64,000 bases of DNA, taken from NCBI RefSeq assembly GCF_009914755.1, contig NC_060935.1, one strand, 5' to 3'. The position numbers were made by a program, and so were the translations under genes. The stretch's first letter is position 1, and each line of letters begins with the position of its first letter. Positions 14,310-30,700 of this stretch are shown here, one piece after another. This stretch comes from the human T2T-CHM13v2.0 reference genome, Homo sapiens. A model generated the notes under the pieces. The model did not search any database. It saw nothing but the letters and a program-made list of their open reading frames with translations, and was not told the origin of the DNA.

Positions 14310-14760
14310 CCAGGTTCTCATCAGGAAACCTCACACTCAAACACAGTAAAGGAAAACAGTTTGATACTGGGTCTGTTTACCAGGTGTGGGCTTGGTTAAA
14401 GGAAACCACCAAGAGATAGTGAAGTACTTCGGAGTTAGTAACCACAGAAATCCAGGGAGTTATTACTGCCCTTAGACACAAAGAAGCAAGGTGAAGGAGC
14501 ACTTCAGTGAACTGGAGATGATAGCTGTAATTGTAGCTGTAGCCATAGGAGAAGACTCAGCAAAAAGGGCCTGACTGCACCTATGGCTTCTGTAGAGGGA
14601 ACAGCAAATCCATTATGACCCTGCAGAGGGAAACTGAGGAGTATAATACCTTGCTTATTACCCAGCTATTCTCTATCCACTGCTCTATCTTCCTTTGGCC
14701 AAATCCAACTGGAAGGCAAAGGTCAGAAGACAACAATGATGCAATTCAAGGAAGTAGTAT
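14310..14760. mobile_element. ERVL-class solo LTR (LTR33-like)
   Basis: ctgtttaccaggtgtgggcttggttaaaggaaaccaccaagagatagtgaagtac...ttggccaaatccaactggaaggcaaagg. Confidence 0.45.
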
Positions 14761-15399
14761 CTTCTTGTTCACTTGTACCTTTAGAAAATAATTGGTTTAT
14801 TCAATCTATTTTTCCCTGTTGGATTATATTTTTGAGACATTAATATTGCCAGTTCCATTTTTTCTTTGTTAGCATTTACTTATATCATTGTTCCATTATT
14901 TATTTCAAAACTTTGTCTTATTTTGTTTTATTGCCTTTCCTAGATATATTCCTGACTATTTTAAGGACAAGATTTGAGAATTTGAGTTTGATTGGGAGAT
15001 TATAACTCATTCAAATTTACTCTCATTCCTGGTATTTTTGATACACTATTATTGCATTTTTGTTTTCCACTCATGCTTTCATAGTATTTATTTTTACATT
15101 GTATCTTTTATTCCTCACCTTTCTTATAATTAATTATTGTTTCGAGGAATGTTTCTTCATATGCTTTATCTCTATTTTTAGTAGATATTGTAAAAATTTA
15201 ACAATATTTAAATTGTATTGCTCTATCAATATTTGGCCTTAAACAATTCAAAAAGAGGCATAGCATATTTGGAGGACTTTGGGCTAAATAGAACTTTGCA
15301 AATTTTATGAGCCAAAGGAAGGCCATAGATCCAAGGAAAGACCAATCTGAAATGAGAATAACTAGGTAAGCAAGGACAATTGCAATAAAAGTAGTTTGG

Positions 15400-15810
15400 G
15401 TGAAGTTCAGCTCTTATGTCAATGCTACAATAATTCTTCTTGAGAAACATCTGTAAAGTCTTAGTGGCATACAACAATAAGCACTTATTTCTGGCTTACA
15501 ATCTATTAATGAACTGAGGCAGCTGTGCTTTACGCTAAGGACCTGCTCCAGATAACTCTGATCTTTCTTCTGGGACTAACAAGCTGATGGTGATGGCAGA
15601 AGTGCAAGAGGGGAAACCCCACTGATCATGCATATTCTGAACCCCATCACATCTGCTAATATCTCATCAGATAAAGTGATTCACATATCTGAAGCCAAAG
15701 ATAAGGAGGGGACATTCATACCTTTGTGGAAGGAACTCTAAAATCTCATGACAAAGGGCATGGATACAGCGAAGGGTAAAGAATCACAATTTATAATTCA
15801 ATCTACCACA
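15400..15810 (-). mobile_element. Old MaLR LTR (MLT1J/G-like)
   Basis: ttagtggcatacaacaataagcacttattt...gatggcagaagtgcaagag...catgacaaagggcatggatacag...aattcaatctaccaca. Confidence 0.55.
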
Positions 15811-16159
15811 CCTTATACTTTTCACGAGTTTTATACAAGAAAATCAAAACAGATCACGAATCGTACACCAAAGGCCTTCCTATAAGGAATTTTTACAGCT
15901 ACCATGGGCCAGGTGGCAAAGTAGGTGAAGCTTTGTAGGCCAAGTTAAAATGTTGGATTTTATTTTAAGTTCAATGGGAACGATTGAGAGACTTTAAGCA
16001 AATAGTAAAGTAACCAATTTACACTTTAAAATGATTACCTTGGCTACTGGAATGGGGGAGGGAAGAAATAGACTATTATAGCAGACTTTTGGTATTAAAG
16101 TGGCATTGCGGATGGTAAAGAGTGGATACTGTGTGTATATACATACACACATATATGCT

Positions 16160-17600
<1,441 letters not shown>

Positions 17601-17609
17601 TGAAGAATT

Positions 17610-17945
17610 GACAGGAATTTGTGATGTTAGAGTTGAGTGTTAGAAGTTTCAATTATGAAAAATGAACATGTTTTAGAGATCTAATGTACAACATAGGGAA
17701 GATAGTTAAAAATACTGTATGTTATGCTTGAAATATGCTAAGAGAATAGATCTTAAATTTCACCACACACACACACACACACACACACACGCAGAGTAAT
17801 TATGTAGAGGTGACACATAAGTTCACTAGCTGCAACATAGTTTTACAATATATGTGCTACATCAAAATATCAAGTTGCACACCTGAAACATATATGATTT
17901 TTATATGTCAATGATATGTCAGTAAAACTGCTAAATTTTATTTGA
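17610..17945 (+). mobile_element. L1MA/MB 3' end containing (CA)n at about 17764-17791
   Basis: gagatctaatgtacaacat...gaaatatgctaagagaatagatcttaaat...atcaagttgcacacctgaaacatatatgattttta. Confidence 0.75.
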
Positions 17946-19866
17946 AGATTATTTCCAAGTTTCTGGCATAAGAAAATATGTCGTTGGATAGAGGGCTCAC
18001 TAACTGAGGTGGGAACACCAGAAAAAAGCACATTTGATGGGAAGAATAGTGTTGCCTTCTGATATCTTGTGTTCCCTGTTTTAGTCTCTGTTCCAATTAG
18101 ATTATCATCAAATATATAGCATAGGGATTTAAAAAATATTCCTTTCTGTTTCCTCTTTGAAACTTTAGGCATTTCAGGTAGACACTGTAGAGTATACCTA
18201 TAACTCTGATCAGTATCCCTGGGGCCAAAACATCACAGGCGCCCTAGTCCAAATGAAAGACTCCAAGTGATTGCCTGAGCCTGAATATCATGGCATATAT
18301 AGAGATCAGGCAAAGAAACCAAAGTTACCAGATGAAATCCCTAAAGACAAACGTGAACACCCATTTGTCTTTTATCTCGATAATAGTCCCTCTTTCATAA
18401 TGTGTGTTATAGGCCTAACTTTAAAAAGGACTATGACTCATATTTTACCTGAAAAAAAAAATAATATTGGACTCACCTCAATGAACTTCACATCTGAGGG
18501 TTTGGCACCTCAATTTCTGGCTGCCTCAGCAGCTCACTCTTGCCTTCAAACAAATATGTCGTTGTATTTTATGTAGTTCTTCCTAGGACAAAAACAGAAA
18601 TGGAAGAAATCTCTGGCCTCATCTCTTAAAATATTGTCAGCTCAGAAAGTAAGGAGTTAGTTTAAATAAAATCAATTATGGGAGAAGATTTCCATGGGGC
18701 AGTCAAGGAAGTCCTGAATGTTAGTGGAGCATCTATGTGATGGCAAACTCCACAATTTTGTTTAGAGTTCTATATAAGAAGCAAAATGGTAATGGATCGG
18801 TTCCATTCAAAATCCCAACAAGATTTGGCAGGCTTAACGATGGTTCATTGCCTTCAAATCTACTTATAAGTTTTTCATTTAGGTACAATGAAGTTATGGA
18901 TCTTCCTCAAAAGTGAGTGCAAAAAAAGGTGGTTCTGGGTGACACAGAGTTTGGTTCACAATCTGGATTATATCATCTGGCTTTGAAGGCTACTGACTTG
19001 AACAAATGTGTTAGCTTGCATAGAATTCTGTTGTCTGTGTTGTATAAGCATATTCTTATCACCACAAAACATCATATTATAAATTAATTATTTCTTTGTT
19101 TATTACATGTCTCTCTTTCCTAACTACAGCTCTATGGACAGGATATTTCTGTTTAGTTTGCTGATATATCAATACCACTCAGAACAATAACTAAAATGTA
19201 GCTGGTGCTCAGTAAGCATTTATTGAGTAATGGATCAGTTTGTCTCTCTTTACTAATAAGTCTAACCTTTTGCTTATTTCTGACCTCATTCAATCAATAA
19301 CCAAGGTTACCTGTCTGCCCAATTTATACAGCACATTGTGCTATCTATGAGTTACCATGTCCTTGGCTGACCACATCTCTTTCTGTCCTTTCACCTTCTC
19401 TGATCAATGTTTGTAGTGATCCTCGTTTGATCTGGCATTGCAGTTCTCGTCACTGAGTTGGTGTATTACTGTATTAGTATTAGCATTAAAACTCATTTGT
19501 GTATTAATGATACACTATAATAGCCTCCCTGTTGGCATTTCCTGTATTGAAATTTACCCCCACCACAGGACCTTTAGAGAGAGGATACCAGAGTATCCAT
19601 ATTTTGACCACATGACCTTATCTCCTTAGAATTGAATGGGCCAGAGTGTAGATGTTGCCCAGGAGTACCTATGCATAGGATTCATTTTTTCTCCTTTGTC
19701 TCTCTGACGCTCTGTTTCTCATTATTGAATTTAAATAAAGAGGTTTAGTTATTTATATAAGGCCACTGAGAGTTATCACTAGTTTTTGCCATCATTAACA
19801 GAGCTCCAGAATGATACTTAGAGAAGAAGCACATGCTCCAAAAAGTTAATAGGAAAGATGTGCAGA

Positions 19867-21376
19867 CATCTACAACCATCTGATCTTCAACAAACCTGAT
19901 GAAAACAAGCAATGGGTAAAGAATTGCCTACTTAATAAATGGTACTGGGAAAACTAGCTAGCCGTATGCAGAAAATGGAAACTGGGCCACTTCCTTACAT
20001 CTTATACAAAAATAAACTTAAGATGGATTAAAGACTTAAATGTAAAACCCAAAACTATAAAAACTCTGGAAGAAAATCTAGTCAATGCCATTCAAGACAT
20101 AGGCACAGGCAAAGATTTCATGACAAAATCTCCAAAAGCAATTGCAACAAAAACAAAAATTGACAAATGGGATCTAATTAAACTAAAGAGCTTCTGCACA
20201 ACAGAAGAAACAATAATCAGAGTGAAAAGGAAACCTACAGAGTGGGAGAAAAGTTCTGAAATCTACCCATCTGACAAAGGTCTAATATCCAGAATCTACA
20301 GGTAACTTAAACAAATTTAGAAGAAAAAAGACAAATGACCCTGTTAAAAAGTGAGCAAAGGATATTAACAGACGCTTCTCAAAAGGAGACATTCATGTGG
20401 CCAACAAACATGAAAAAACCCTCAACCTCATTGATCATTAGAGAAATGCAAATTAAAACCACAATGAGGTACTATCTCATCCCAGTCAGAATGGCGATTA
20501 TTAACAAGTCAAAAAACAACAGATGCTGAGGAGACTGTGGAGAAATAAAAACGCTTCTACACTGTTGGAGGGAATGCAAATTAATTCAACCACTGTGGGA
20601 GATGATGTGGAGATTCCTCAAATATCTAGAACCAGAAATACCATTTGACCCAGCAATCCCATTGCTGGGTATATACCCAAAGGAATATAAATCATTCTAT
20701 TACAAAGATACATGCATGTGTATGTTCACTGCAGCACTATTCACAGTAGCAAAGACATGGAATCAACCCAAATGCCCATTAATGATAGACTGGATAAATA
20801 AAATATGGTACATATATACCATAGAATACTATGAAGCCATAAAAAGGAAAGAGATCATGTCCTTTGCAGGGACATGGATGGAATTGGAAGCCATTATTCT
20901 CAGCAAACTAATGCAGGAACAGAAAACCAAACACTGCATGTTCTCACTTATAAATGGGAACTGAGCAATGAGAACACATGAACACAGGAAAGGGAATAAC
21001 ACACACTGGGGCCTGTCAGTGGGTGGGGTAGTGGGAGGGAGAGCATTAGGAAAAATAACTAACACCTAGGTGATGGGTTAATACCTAGGTGATGGTATTT
21101 TAATTATTTTTATATAACCAAAAATAATAAGTAGTCTCAGTTTGCAATGAACTGTTATTCTTTCCATGTATCAGAAATTCAATAAAATCAAATCAGTAAA
21201 GACCACTTATGAGCTGTGGGAGAGGCTTTAATATTTTACAAGGTCAGTACCTAGGCGATGGGTTGATAGGTGCAGCAAACCATCATGGCACATGTTTACG
21301 TATGTAACAAACCTGGACATCCTGCACATGTACCCCAGAACTTAAAATAAAATTTTAAATTAAAAAAAAAGAAAGA
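19867..21376 (+). mobile_element. 5'-truncated L1PA (about PA8-PA10) ORF2 3' end plus 3'UTR, with a foreign insert in the 3'UTR
   Basis: ORF track peptides [15 protein letters not shown] and EIPFDPAIPLLGIYPK are the L1 ORF2 C-terminus; A tail; TSD aaagatgtgcaga 19854-19866 / aaagacgtgtaga 21377-21389. Confidence 0.93.
21096..21247 (-). repeat. Inverted copy (~88% identical by eye) of unique sequence 22069-22223, inserted in the L1 3'UTR
   Basis: Reverse complement aligns over about 150 nt; flanked by tacctaggYgatgg at 21082-21095 and 21248-21261. Confidence 0.93.
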
Positions 21377-21441
21377 AAAGACGTGTAGAGAGAATATCAA
21401 ATCTCAAAGTATTTGTACTCAATGGAAGAAAGAGAGCATAA

Positions 21442-21839
21442 TGATGAGTCTGGCCACATTTTTGATGATTGATTGCTTACAGCTTTCAAGTCTCACCCTC
21501 CTCCCTCTTTCTCTTCTATGTCACACCTTGGCAAACTGATAAAGCCCTGGTGCTCCCTCCCTTCACATTAGTGGAAAGTTCAACCATGAAAGTCCCTGCC
21601 TAAGAACCCATACCCCAGCCCCACACAAACCACAATAAACTTTAAAGCCAATTGCTCCTACTTCCTCAAGTCATTTTTGGAATGGCTTGAGAGCCTGCCC
21701 TGCTCTCCCCAGAAAGCCTTATTAAGTGAATAATGAATCTTTGCATAACCTCCTGCTATGTGTGTGTGGCATTATTAGTCTCAACATCTGAACTAAATTT
21801 TTGATAGAGGGTCCATTCTTCAGTGAGGTAAACCCAACA
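21442..21839 (+). mobile_element. ERVL solo LTR (MER54A-like)
   Basis: tgatgagtctggccacatt start; gagagcctgccctgctctccccagaaagcc; ...aacccaaca end. Confidence 0.6.
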
Positions 21840-24269
21840 GAAAGAGAAAAAGAGAGAGACAGAGAGAGTTTCACATAACATTTTAGTCACCCTAGGGCAT
21901 AAATCTGCTTTATTTCTTGACCTAAGATGCATGTGCAATTGCTTGTTATTCCTTATCATAAATGCTATTTTATCTATATTAGAATTAAAGGGTTTCTGTG
22001 TTTCTGTTCTTGGCAATCAAATGATCCCTGATTATGACACATGATGACTCCTTTTTTATCATGGCCCGCAGACCTTGTAAAATATTAATGCCTCTTCCAC
22101 AGCTCATAAGTGGCCTTTACTGATTTGATGTTATTGAATTTCTGATATACTCAAAGAATAACAGTTCATCGTAAACAGAATCTACTTATTCTTTTTGGTT
22201 ATATACAAATAATAATTAAAAGAAAGAAGAAAAAAATATTTGCTCAAGCTGTAGATAAAGCAAAGTTAGAGAATATCTAACTCATACATTTCTAGGGCAA
22301 GGAGTATGAAAAATGTAGAGACTATATCCTTGGAACTGAAATGGTTCTACCCTCCTGGGGAAACACACTAGAGTCATTCCTTTTGGCTGTCAGAGTTGCT
22401 GTTAATTTTGTCTGCAATTGCCAGCAAAGTGTAAGAAGATGTATGAGGATGAATTATTGATTTCCACTTGGATTCTGATTGAAGTAGTTTTGCAGCTTAT
22501 TTCCAAGTAACTCTTTTCATCTTCATGGCAATAAATACAAACATCAGTTTAATTTATCTCTTTGAGTTAGCACCTTTTATGACAAATTGTATTTGTAAAA
22601 CTAATCATTCTCTCATTATAATCAGCAAATGAAGAACTAGAGTTGAGCAAATTCTTCTAACACACCAAAATTTTGAAATAGCAACTTTCAGTAAAAAAAA
22701 AAAAAAAAAAAAAATTAAAGAAAGTGAACATAGAGTATAGAAGGTTTTCAATACAATAAATCTTGCAGCTTAAAAAACAGGAAGTGTCCTGTGGAAAATA
22801 TTGTTGATGGTGATTGAGGAATATGTTCCTTCACTCAAACTAGATTTTCTGGATTTTGAGAGATTTGGTTTAATTACATTAACCCTCTGTACTTTTGTGA
22901 CTTCCCCCATTCGCCCATCCCCCATGCCCACAAGAAGAAAAGTGACATCTCAGTGCTGCAGAGCTAAGCTGCAGTACTCTGAAAGCACTCAAGCTACACA
23001 GCTTTTTTGTTTGCTATGTCCGCTGAAGAGCTCTTGCGCCTTCCTTCCATTTGCTTAGGAGACAATGCTTTCAAAGAACATCTAGGATAGCTACTGGGCA
23101 CAAAGTAGGCCCCTCACTGCTCAGTAGCTGTTTGAAATCTGGCTCCAACCTGCATGAGGATTTGAAATTTCAGGATTTTATTTAATAAGGGTGATGACAG
23201 ACTCACAGCTTCAGAACAGTTCACCTATCTAAAATAGCACATTTTTACCAGAAGTCCTAATAATTCAAAACCATTTCATATGTTCTTCCTACAAAAAGAC
23301 AGGCTTTCTTCTCTATCAAGCTGAGAAATGAGGCTCACCAACTTAAACACATACACATATAAAAACTCTATGTCTGATAGCTCATTTTAGCATCCATTCC
23401 AATGACTCTTCTTTTAACTGAGAAGTTTTCTGGGAGAAAAATTTAATTAGATGAGGACAGTAATCATTAAAATTTTATCTTCTTAAAGTATAAAACTCAC
23501 TGGTAAAAATAAGTGTGCAGCCAAATTCAGAATATTTAATACTATAATGATAGTATGTAAATCACTCATATCTTTAGTACAAAGGTTAAAAAATAAAACT
23601 ATTAAAAATAATAATAGCTGCTATAATTTGTTAGGTGATATACAATATACTAATACAAATTTGGACATTAAAACATAAAATGTGGGGAAGGGGTGGAGTA
23701 GAAGTCTAGAGTGTGTGTACATGATCAATTAAGTTATTAGGTTAAAATAGCCTGATATAACTCAAAGATGTTTTATGTAAGGCTCTTTTTAACAAAAAGC
23801 AAAAAACCTATAGTAGATATATAAGATATAAAAAAGTAATGAATCAAATTAGGGAAAATTAATCACAAAGAAAGACAAGAAGAGAGAAAGAAAGGAACAA
23901 AGGATTTACAAAATAACCAGAACACAACAAAATGGCAATAGTAAGTCCTTACCTATCAATAAACTACCTTGGATGTAAACGGGTTAAATTTCCTGATCAA
24001 AAGACACAGAGAAGTCGAATAGATAAATAAAAAAAGCAATACCCAATTATGTGCTGCCCACAGAGACTCACTTCATCTTTAAGGACAGACATAGATTAAA
24101 ATAGAAAAGATGGAAAAAGATATTCCATGTAAGTGGAAAACAAGAAAGAGCAGGGGTAGCTATATCAGATAAAATAGACTGTAAATCAAAAGTGTAAAAT
24201 GAGACAAAGAGCATCATTATACAGTAATAAAAATGTCAATTTATCAAGGATATAACAGTGGTAAATATA

Positions 24270-24617
24270 CAGTTATGCACCCCTTAATGATGTTTCAATC
24301 AAGTGGATCACATATACAATGGTAGTCCCATAAGATTAAAATACTGCATTTTTACTGTACCTTTTCTAAGTTTAGATATATTTAGACACAAATACTTATC
24401 ATCATGTTATAATTGCCTGTAGTATTCAGTACAGTAATATGCTGCACTGATTTGTAGCCTAGGAGCAATAAGCTATACCATATAGCTTGTATATGTACTC
24501 AGAAAGCACAAACCATCCAGGTTTGTGTAAATACACAATATAATGTTCACACAACAGTGAAATTACCTAACACTAATTTCTTAGAATATATTCCCATCCT
24601 TAAACAATGTAAAACTG
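24270..24617 (+). mobile_element. Tigger3a (MER7A)-like Tc1/mariner MITE
   Basis: cagttatgcac...aaaactg termini with TA on both sides; internal tttgtagcctaggagcaataagctatacca. Confidence 0.85.
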
Positions 24618-26494
24618 TATATGCACCTAATATCAGAGCACCTAAATATATAAAGAAATTATTAATGGATCTGAAAGGGGAGATGGACTGTAATGCAATA
24701 ATAGTAGAGGACTTCAATACCCCACTTTGAGCAATGGAAAGATCATCTAAAAAGAAAATCAATCAGGCAACACTGGGCTTAAACAATACTTTAGACCAAT
24801 GGATCTAACAGACATATATAGAACCTTTCATTCAACAACAGCAGAAGATGCATTCTTCTCAAGCACACATAGAACATTCTTCAGGAACAAGTACTAAGAA
24901 ATTTAAGAAGATTAAGATCATATCAAGTATCTTTTCTGACCACAATGGTATAAAACTAGAAGTCAATAACAGAAAGGATTTGGTAAAAATTTACAAATGC
25001 GCAGAAATTAAACAACATGCTTGTGAGCAACCAGTGGGCCAAAGAAGAAATTAAAAGCCAAATTTTAAGATATCTTGAGAGAAACAAAAACAGAGACACA
25101 GCTCACTAAAACTTATAGGGATGCAGCAAAAGCAGCTCTATGAGGAAAGTTTACTAGCAATAAATGCCTACATCAAAAAGGGAGAAAGATTTCAAACAAT
25201 TAACCTCACATTACACCTAAAAAACTAGAAAAACAAGAACAAACTAAGCCCAAGAGTAGTAGAAGGAAGGAGATAATAAGAATCAGAACATAAATAAATG
25301 AAATAGAGACGAGAAAAACAATAGAAAATGTCAAATAAACTAAGTGTTAATTTTTTAAAAAGGATAAACACAATTTTAAAAGTTTAGATAGTCTTACTGA
25401 GAAAAAAAAAGAGGGAAGACAGAAATAAAATCAGAAATGAGAGAGGAGACAATATAATAAATACAACAGAAATGCAAAGGATCTTGAGAGATAATTATGA
25501 GTAATTATACACCAAAAATTTGGATAACTTAGTATAAGTGAATAAATTCCTATACGTATACAACCTACAAAGACTGAATAATGATGAAACAGAAAAATCT
25601 GAACACGCCAATAGGGAGTAAGGAGATCAAGTCCGTAACAAATAATTTCCTGCCAAAGAATAGCCTAGGACCTGATGGCATCTTGCTGAATTCTACCAAA
25701 CATTTAAGGAAGAACTAGTACCAATCTTTCTTAAACTCTTCCAAAAAATTAAAAGAGAGGTAGTACTTTGAGAGTTATCTTACAAGGCCAGGATTACTCT
25801 GATATCAAAGCCAGACAAGGACACTACAAAAAAAGAAAATTACAGGGCAGTATTCCTGATGAACATAGATGCAAAAATCCTCAACGAAATGCTAGCAAAA
25901 CAAATTCAACAGCTCATTAAAACGATCTTTCACCCAGGTAAAGTGGCACTTATCTCACAGAGGTTAGTTTTGTGCAACATATGCAAATCTATAAATGCGA
26001 CACACAACATTAACAGAATGAAGGACAAATATGATCTCAATAAATGTAGAAAAGGCTTTAGACAAAATTCAACATTTTTCATCAGAAACTCAACTAATTA
26101 AGTATACAAAGAATGCATCTCAATACAATATAGGACATATAACAAAAGCCCACAGTTAACATCATACTCAATGGTAAAATCTTGAAAGCTTTTCCTCTAA
26201 GATTAGGAACAAGGCAAGGATGACCACTTGTGCCACTTCTATTTGACATAGTACTGGAAGTTGTAGCCAGACCGATTAGGCAAGAGAAACAAGTAAAAGT
26301 CATCCAAAGCAGAAAGGAAGAAATTAAATGGTGTTTGTTTGCAGACAAGATAATCTTATGTACAGAAAACTGTAAAAAAAAAAAAATTACAAAAACCTGT
26401 TAAAACTAATAAATGAATTCGGTAAAGTTGCAGGATACTGAATCAGCATACACAAATCAGTAGTTATCTCTATATACTAATAACAAGCTATCTG

Positions 26495-26804
26495 TTGTTG
26501 TTTTTTATTTTTTATTTTTTGAGTTAGGATCTCGTCATTCAGCTGTCCAGGCTGGAGTGCAGTGGTGCAATAACAGTTCACTGCAGCTCCAAACTCCTGA
26601 ACTCAAGCAGTCCTCTTCCTCAGCCTCTTGGGGAGCTGGGATTACAGACATACACCACTATGCCTGGATATTTTCTTTATTTTTATTTTGTAAAGATGGG
26701 GTCTTGCTGACCAGGCTGGTTTCAAACTCCTGGCCTCAAGCAATCTTCCCACTTCGACCTCCCAAAGTGCTGGGACTACAGGTGTGAGCCACAGTGCCTG
26801 GCAC
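26495..26804 (-). mobile_element. AluJ
   Basis: Diverged Alu with J diagnostics (aactcctggcctcaagcaatc); perfect 13-bp TSD aacaagctatctg 26482-26494 / 26805-26817. Confidence 0.9.
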
Positions 26805-27323
26805 AACAAGCTATCTGAAAAACAAATAAAGAAAACAATCCTATTTACAATAGCTACAAAAAAATTTAAGAATAAATTTAGCCACAGAGAATGATCTATA
26901 CACTGAAAACTATAAAGCGTTTATAAAAGAAATAAAAGAAGAGAGAAATAAATGGAAATATCACTCACATTCATAAATTGGAAGAATTAATATTGTTAAA
27001 ATATCCATACTACCCTAAGTGATCTACAGATTCAATACAATACCTATGAAAATTTCAATAATTTTTTTAGAGGAATAGAAGAGACAATTTTCAAATTTAT
27101 GGGAAACGACAAAAGATTTCAAATAGCCAAAGCAATCTTGAGCAAAAAGAACAAAGCTGGAAGTATCATACAGTACTTCAAAATACATTACAAAACTATG
27201 GTAATCAAGCAACATGGTACTGGCAAAAAACCAATAAATGGTGTTGGGAAAACTGTATAGCCGCAGGCAGAAGAATAAAATTAGACCTTTATCTCACACT
27301 ATATACAAAAAAAATCAAGACAA

Positions 27324-27773
<450 letters not shown>

Positions 27774-30700
27774 CTATGCAACAAAAGCAAAAATAGACAA
27801 ATAAGATCACATCATACTGAAAAGCTTCTGCACAGTAAAGGGTACAATCGACAGAGTGAAGAGACAACCTACAGAATAAGAAAAAAATATCAGCAAATCA
27901 TTAGTCTTACAAGGAGTTAATATCCAAAATTTATAAGGAATTTATAAGGTCTAAAACAACTGAATAGCAAGAAAAAAATAAAAAATGGTCAAAGAACCTG
28001 AATACATGTGTCAAAATAAGACATACAAATGGGCAACAGTTATATGAAAAAATGTTTAATATCCCTAATTATCAAGAAAATGCAAATTAAAACCACAATG
28101 ATTTGTCACCTCACACTTTTTAGGATGACTATTTTTAAAAAAGATAATAAATACCTGGTGTTGGAAAGGATCTGGAGAAAAGAGAACTCTTGCTCATGGT
28201 TGGTGGGGATGTAAACTAGTATGGCCATTATGGAAAATAGTATGACGATTCCTAAAAAAATAATTAAAAATAGAACTACCAGATGATTCAGTAAGCCCAC
28301 TACTGGGTATATATATCAAATGGAAATGAAATCAGTATTTCAAGGAGATATTTACATTCCTATGTTCATTGCAGTATTATTCACAACATCCAAGACGTAA
28401 TCAATCTAAGTGTCCATCAGTAGAAGAATGGGTAAAGAAAATGTGGTATATATACACAATGGAATACTCTTCAGTCTTCAAAAAGAAGGCAATCTTGTCA
28501 TTTGCAACAACATGGATGAATTTGGAAGACATTATGTTAAGTGAAATAACCCAGACATAGAAAGACAAACACCTCATGATTTCACTTGTATGTGAAATCT
28601 AAATAGTTGAATTCATAGAAACAGAGAATAGAATGATGGTTACCAGAGCCTAAAGGGTGATGAGGGCTGGAGAGAAAGGATGCTAAATTTCAGTTAGACA
28701 GGGGGAATAAGTTCAAGAGATCTTCTGCACAATTAATGATTATGCTAATCACAAATTGTTATTTTGAAAATCACTAGGAGAGCAGATTTTAAGTGTTCTC
28801 ACCACAAGAAATGAGGATGTGAAGCAATGTATATGTTTATTAGCTCAACTGAACCATTCCAAAATGTGTGCATATTTCAAAACATCATGTTGTACCTGAT
28901 AAATATATATACACTTTTAATTTGTCAATTTAAAAAATTAATTAAAAAACTATATTCTTAAATATTATCCTTTAAATTTTCTTTCTTATGATTCATTTAA
29001 TTTTGAGGAAATTTTAATAATATTTTTGTTATTTTATATCTTGATTATTTTGTTGAAAATATTTATTCTCTTTTGTATACTGTGCTTTTGCATATATTAC
29101 CCTAGGTATCAAGAAAAAAATATAAAAACCCGACAATTTGCTATGTTCTGAGGTAATACTGAAAAATACAATGGCTTCTCTTCCTGGAGGGTACAAGAAC
29201 AGAATGACCAAATTGGAAGACAAACATTTTATGAATATATTATTAGCCCAAGACGCATTTTTCCATGCTATTGACCTGCCATGAGATGGCTCAGAGTGTT
29301 TAAACTGTCTTTGGTTTATGTGTTATTTTCACTCTCACCTCCCAATTAGAGCAGAACTGCCAAGCTGCAGGGAATTGAGAGGGAAATTGGAGGTTGCTAA
29401 GGAAAGGGATGACTTGAATTATGTTATTTTATGGGACAGGATCATCAAGCCCAGAAAAAGAAGGCTCTGTGTGCTGGGCTAATCTGCTGCATGAGAATGT
29501 GTGTGGTTCCCACAGCTGTGTGATTTTGGAGACATTGTGAACTCTCCCCCCTGCTCTAAACATACCCTTATTCATTCAGTTAAAAATACTTGTATAAAGG
29601 GCCTACATTTTTCAGGGGCTGTACAAGGTATGAGATACAAAGAGGAAAGAGATGCATCTTACCTTTAGATGGTTTACAGTATAGTGGAGCCTACAGAAAA
29701 GAGACATTTAGGATACAAAGTGATAAATGTTATAATAAGGAGAAACGTAAAAACTGTGGAGCATAGAACGGAAACATTTACCTGGTCCTTGGAATCAAGG
29801 AAAGCTTCTGGAAGGAGCGATGATAGGCTGACCACTGAAAGGCTTATAGAAGTTTGTTAGTTGAAGGGAGAAAGGAGAAAAGAAAGAAAAGGCAAGAACG
29901 TGACAGGCAGAAGGGAGAGCTTGGAATCAGAGGAATGACATTCCATAGTGGCTCTACCATATCGGTAGTTTGACCTTGGGCAAGCAATTGTCTTCTTTGA
30001 ACCTCAGTTTACTTATCTGGAAAATGTGGACAATAATACTTATTATTCAGCATCACTGAAAAGTAAATGAGATAATATATGTAAAGAGCTTGATTGTTAC
30101 CAAGTGATAGAAATCCAGCGTCAGCCAGTTTACGTGTAAAAGGCAATGATTTGCAAGGTTATTGGGATATGCCATAGACTTTATGGAACGGAGGGATATG
30201 GCCATGTCTCAAGACCAACTGCAATCAGAGATTCAAATGCCACTAGGACACTACTGTTTCTCATATCTATTTTCATTTGTATGTAGATGTTACTGTTTCC
30301 TCCCAGTAGACACGAGCTTTCTACTCATAGTAGATGAACGTGGCCTCCCAAGAAGTTGGCTTCTGAGTTTTATATCTTTGGCCAAATCTTACTCAAATAC
30401 AGTTTGTTTTTCTCAGTTATAGTTCCAAAAGTCTCAGGAAAGAACTGGTCAGATTCCTATTCCATAGCATCAACTGTGGCCAGAGAGTGAGGTCATAATG
30501 TACTCTCATGGTGGTTCCTGGAATGACTTTGATGCGGGAGGTAGTTTCCAGAAGGGGAAAAGAGCTGGAGAGGCAGCCCGGTTCCTGGTTCTTAATAATA
30601 TTAATTAAAATTTCTTATCTGTGGTACATATCTACTATATATCATGCACCATGTAAAAGTTTTAGATTCATTACCTAATAAATGTTAACCTAGGGAGGTC

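Noticed and set aside
20120-20964. ORFs with protein-like sequence (also 25859, 28369, 42253, 42473, 43073, 49695, 54557)
   Set aside because: All are frameshifted or stop-interrupted L1 ORF2 fragments, not host genes
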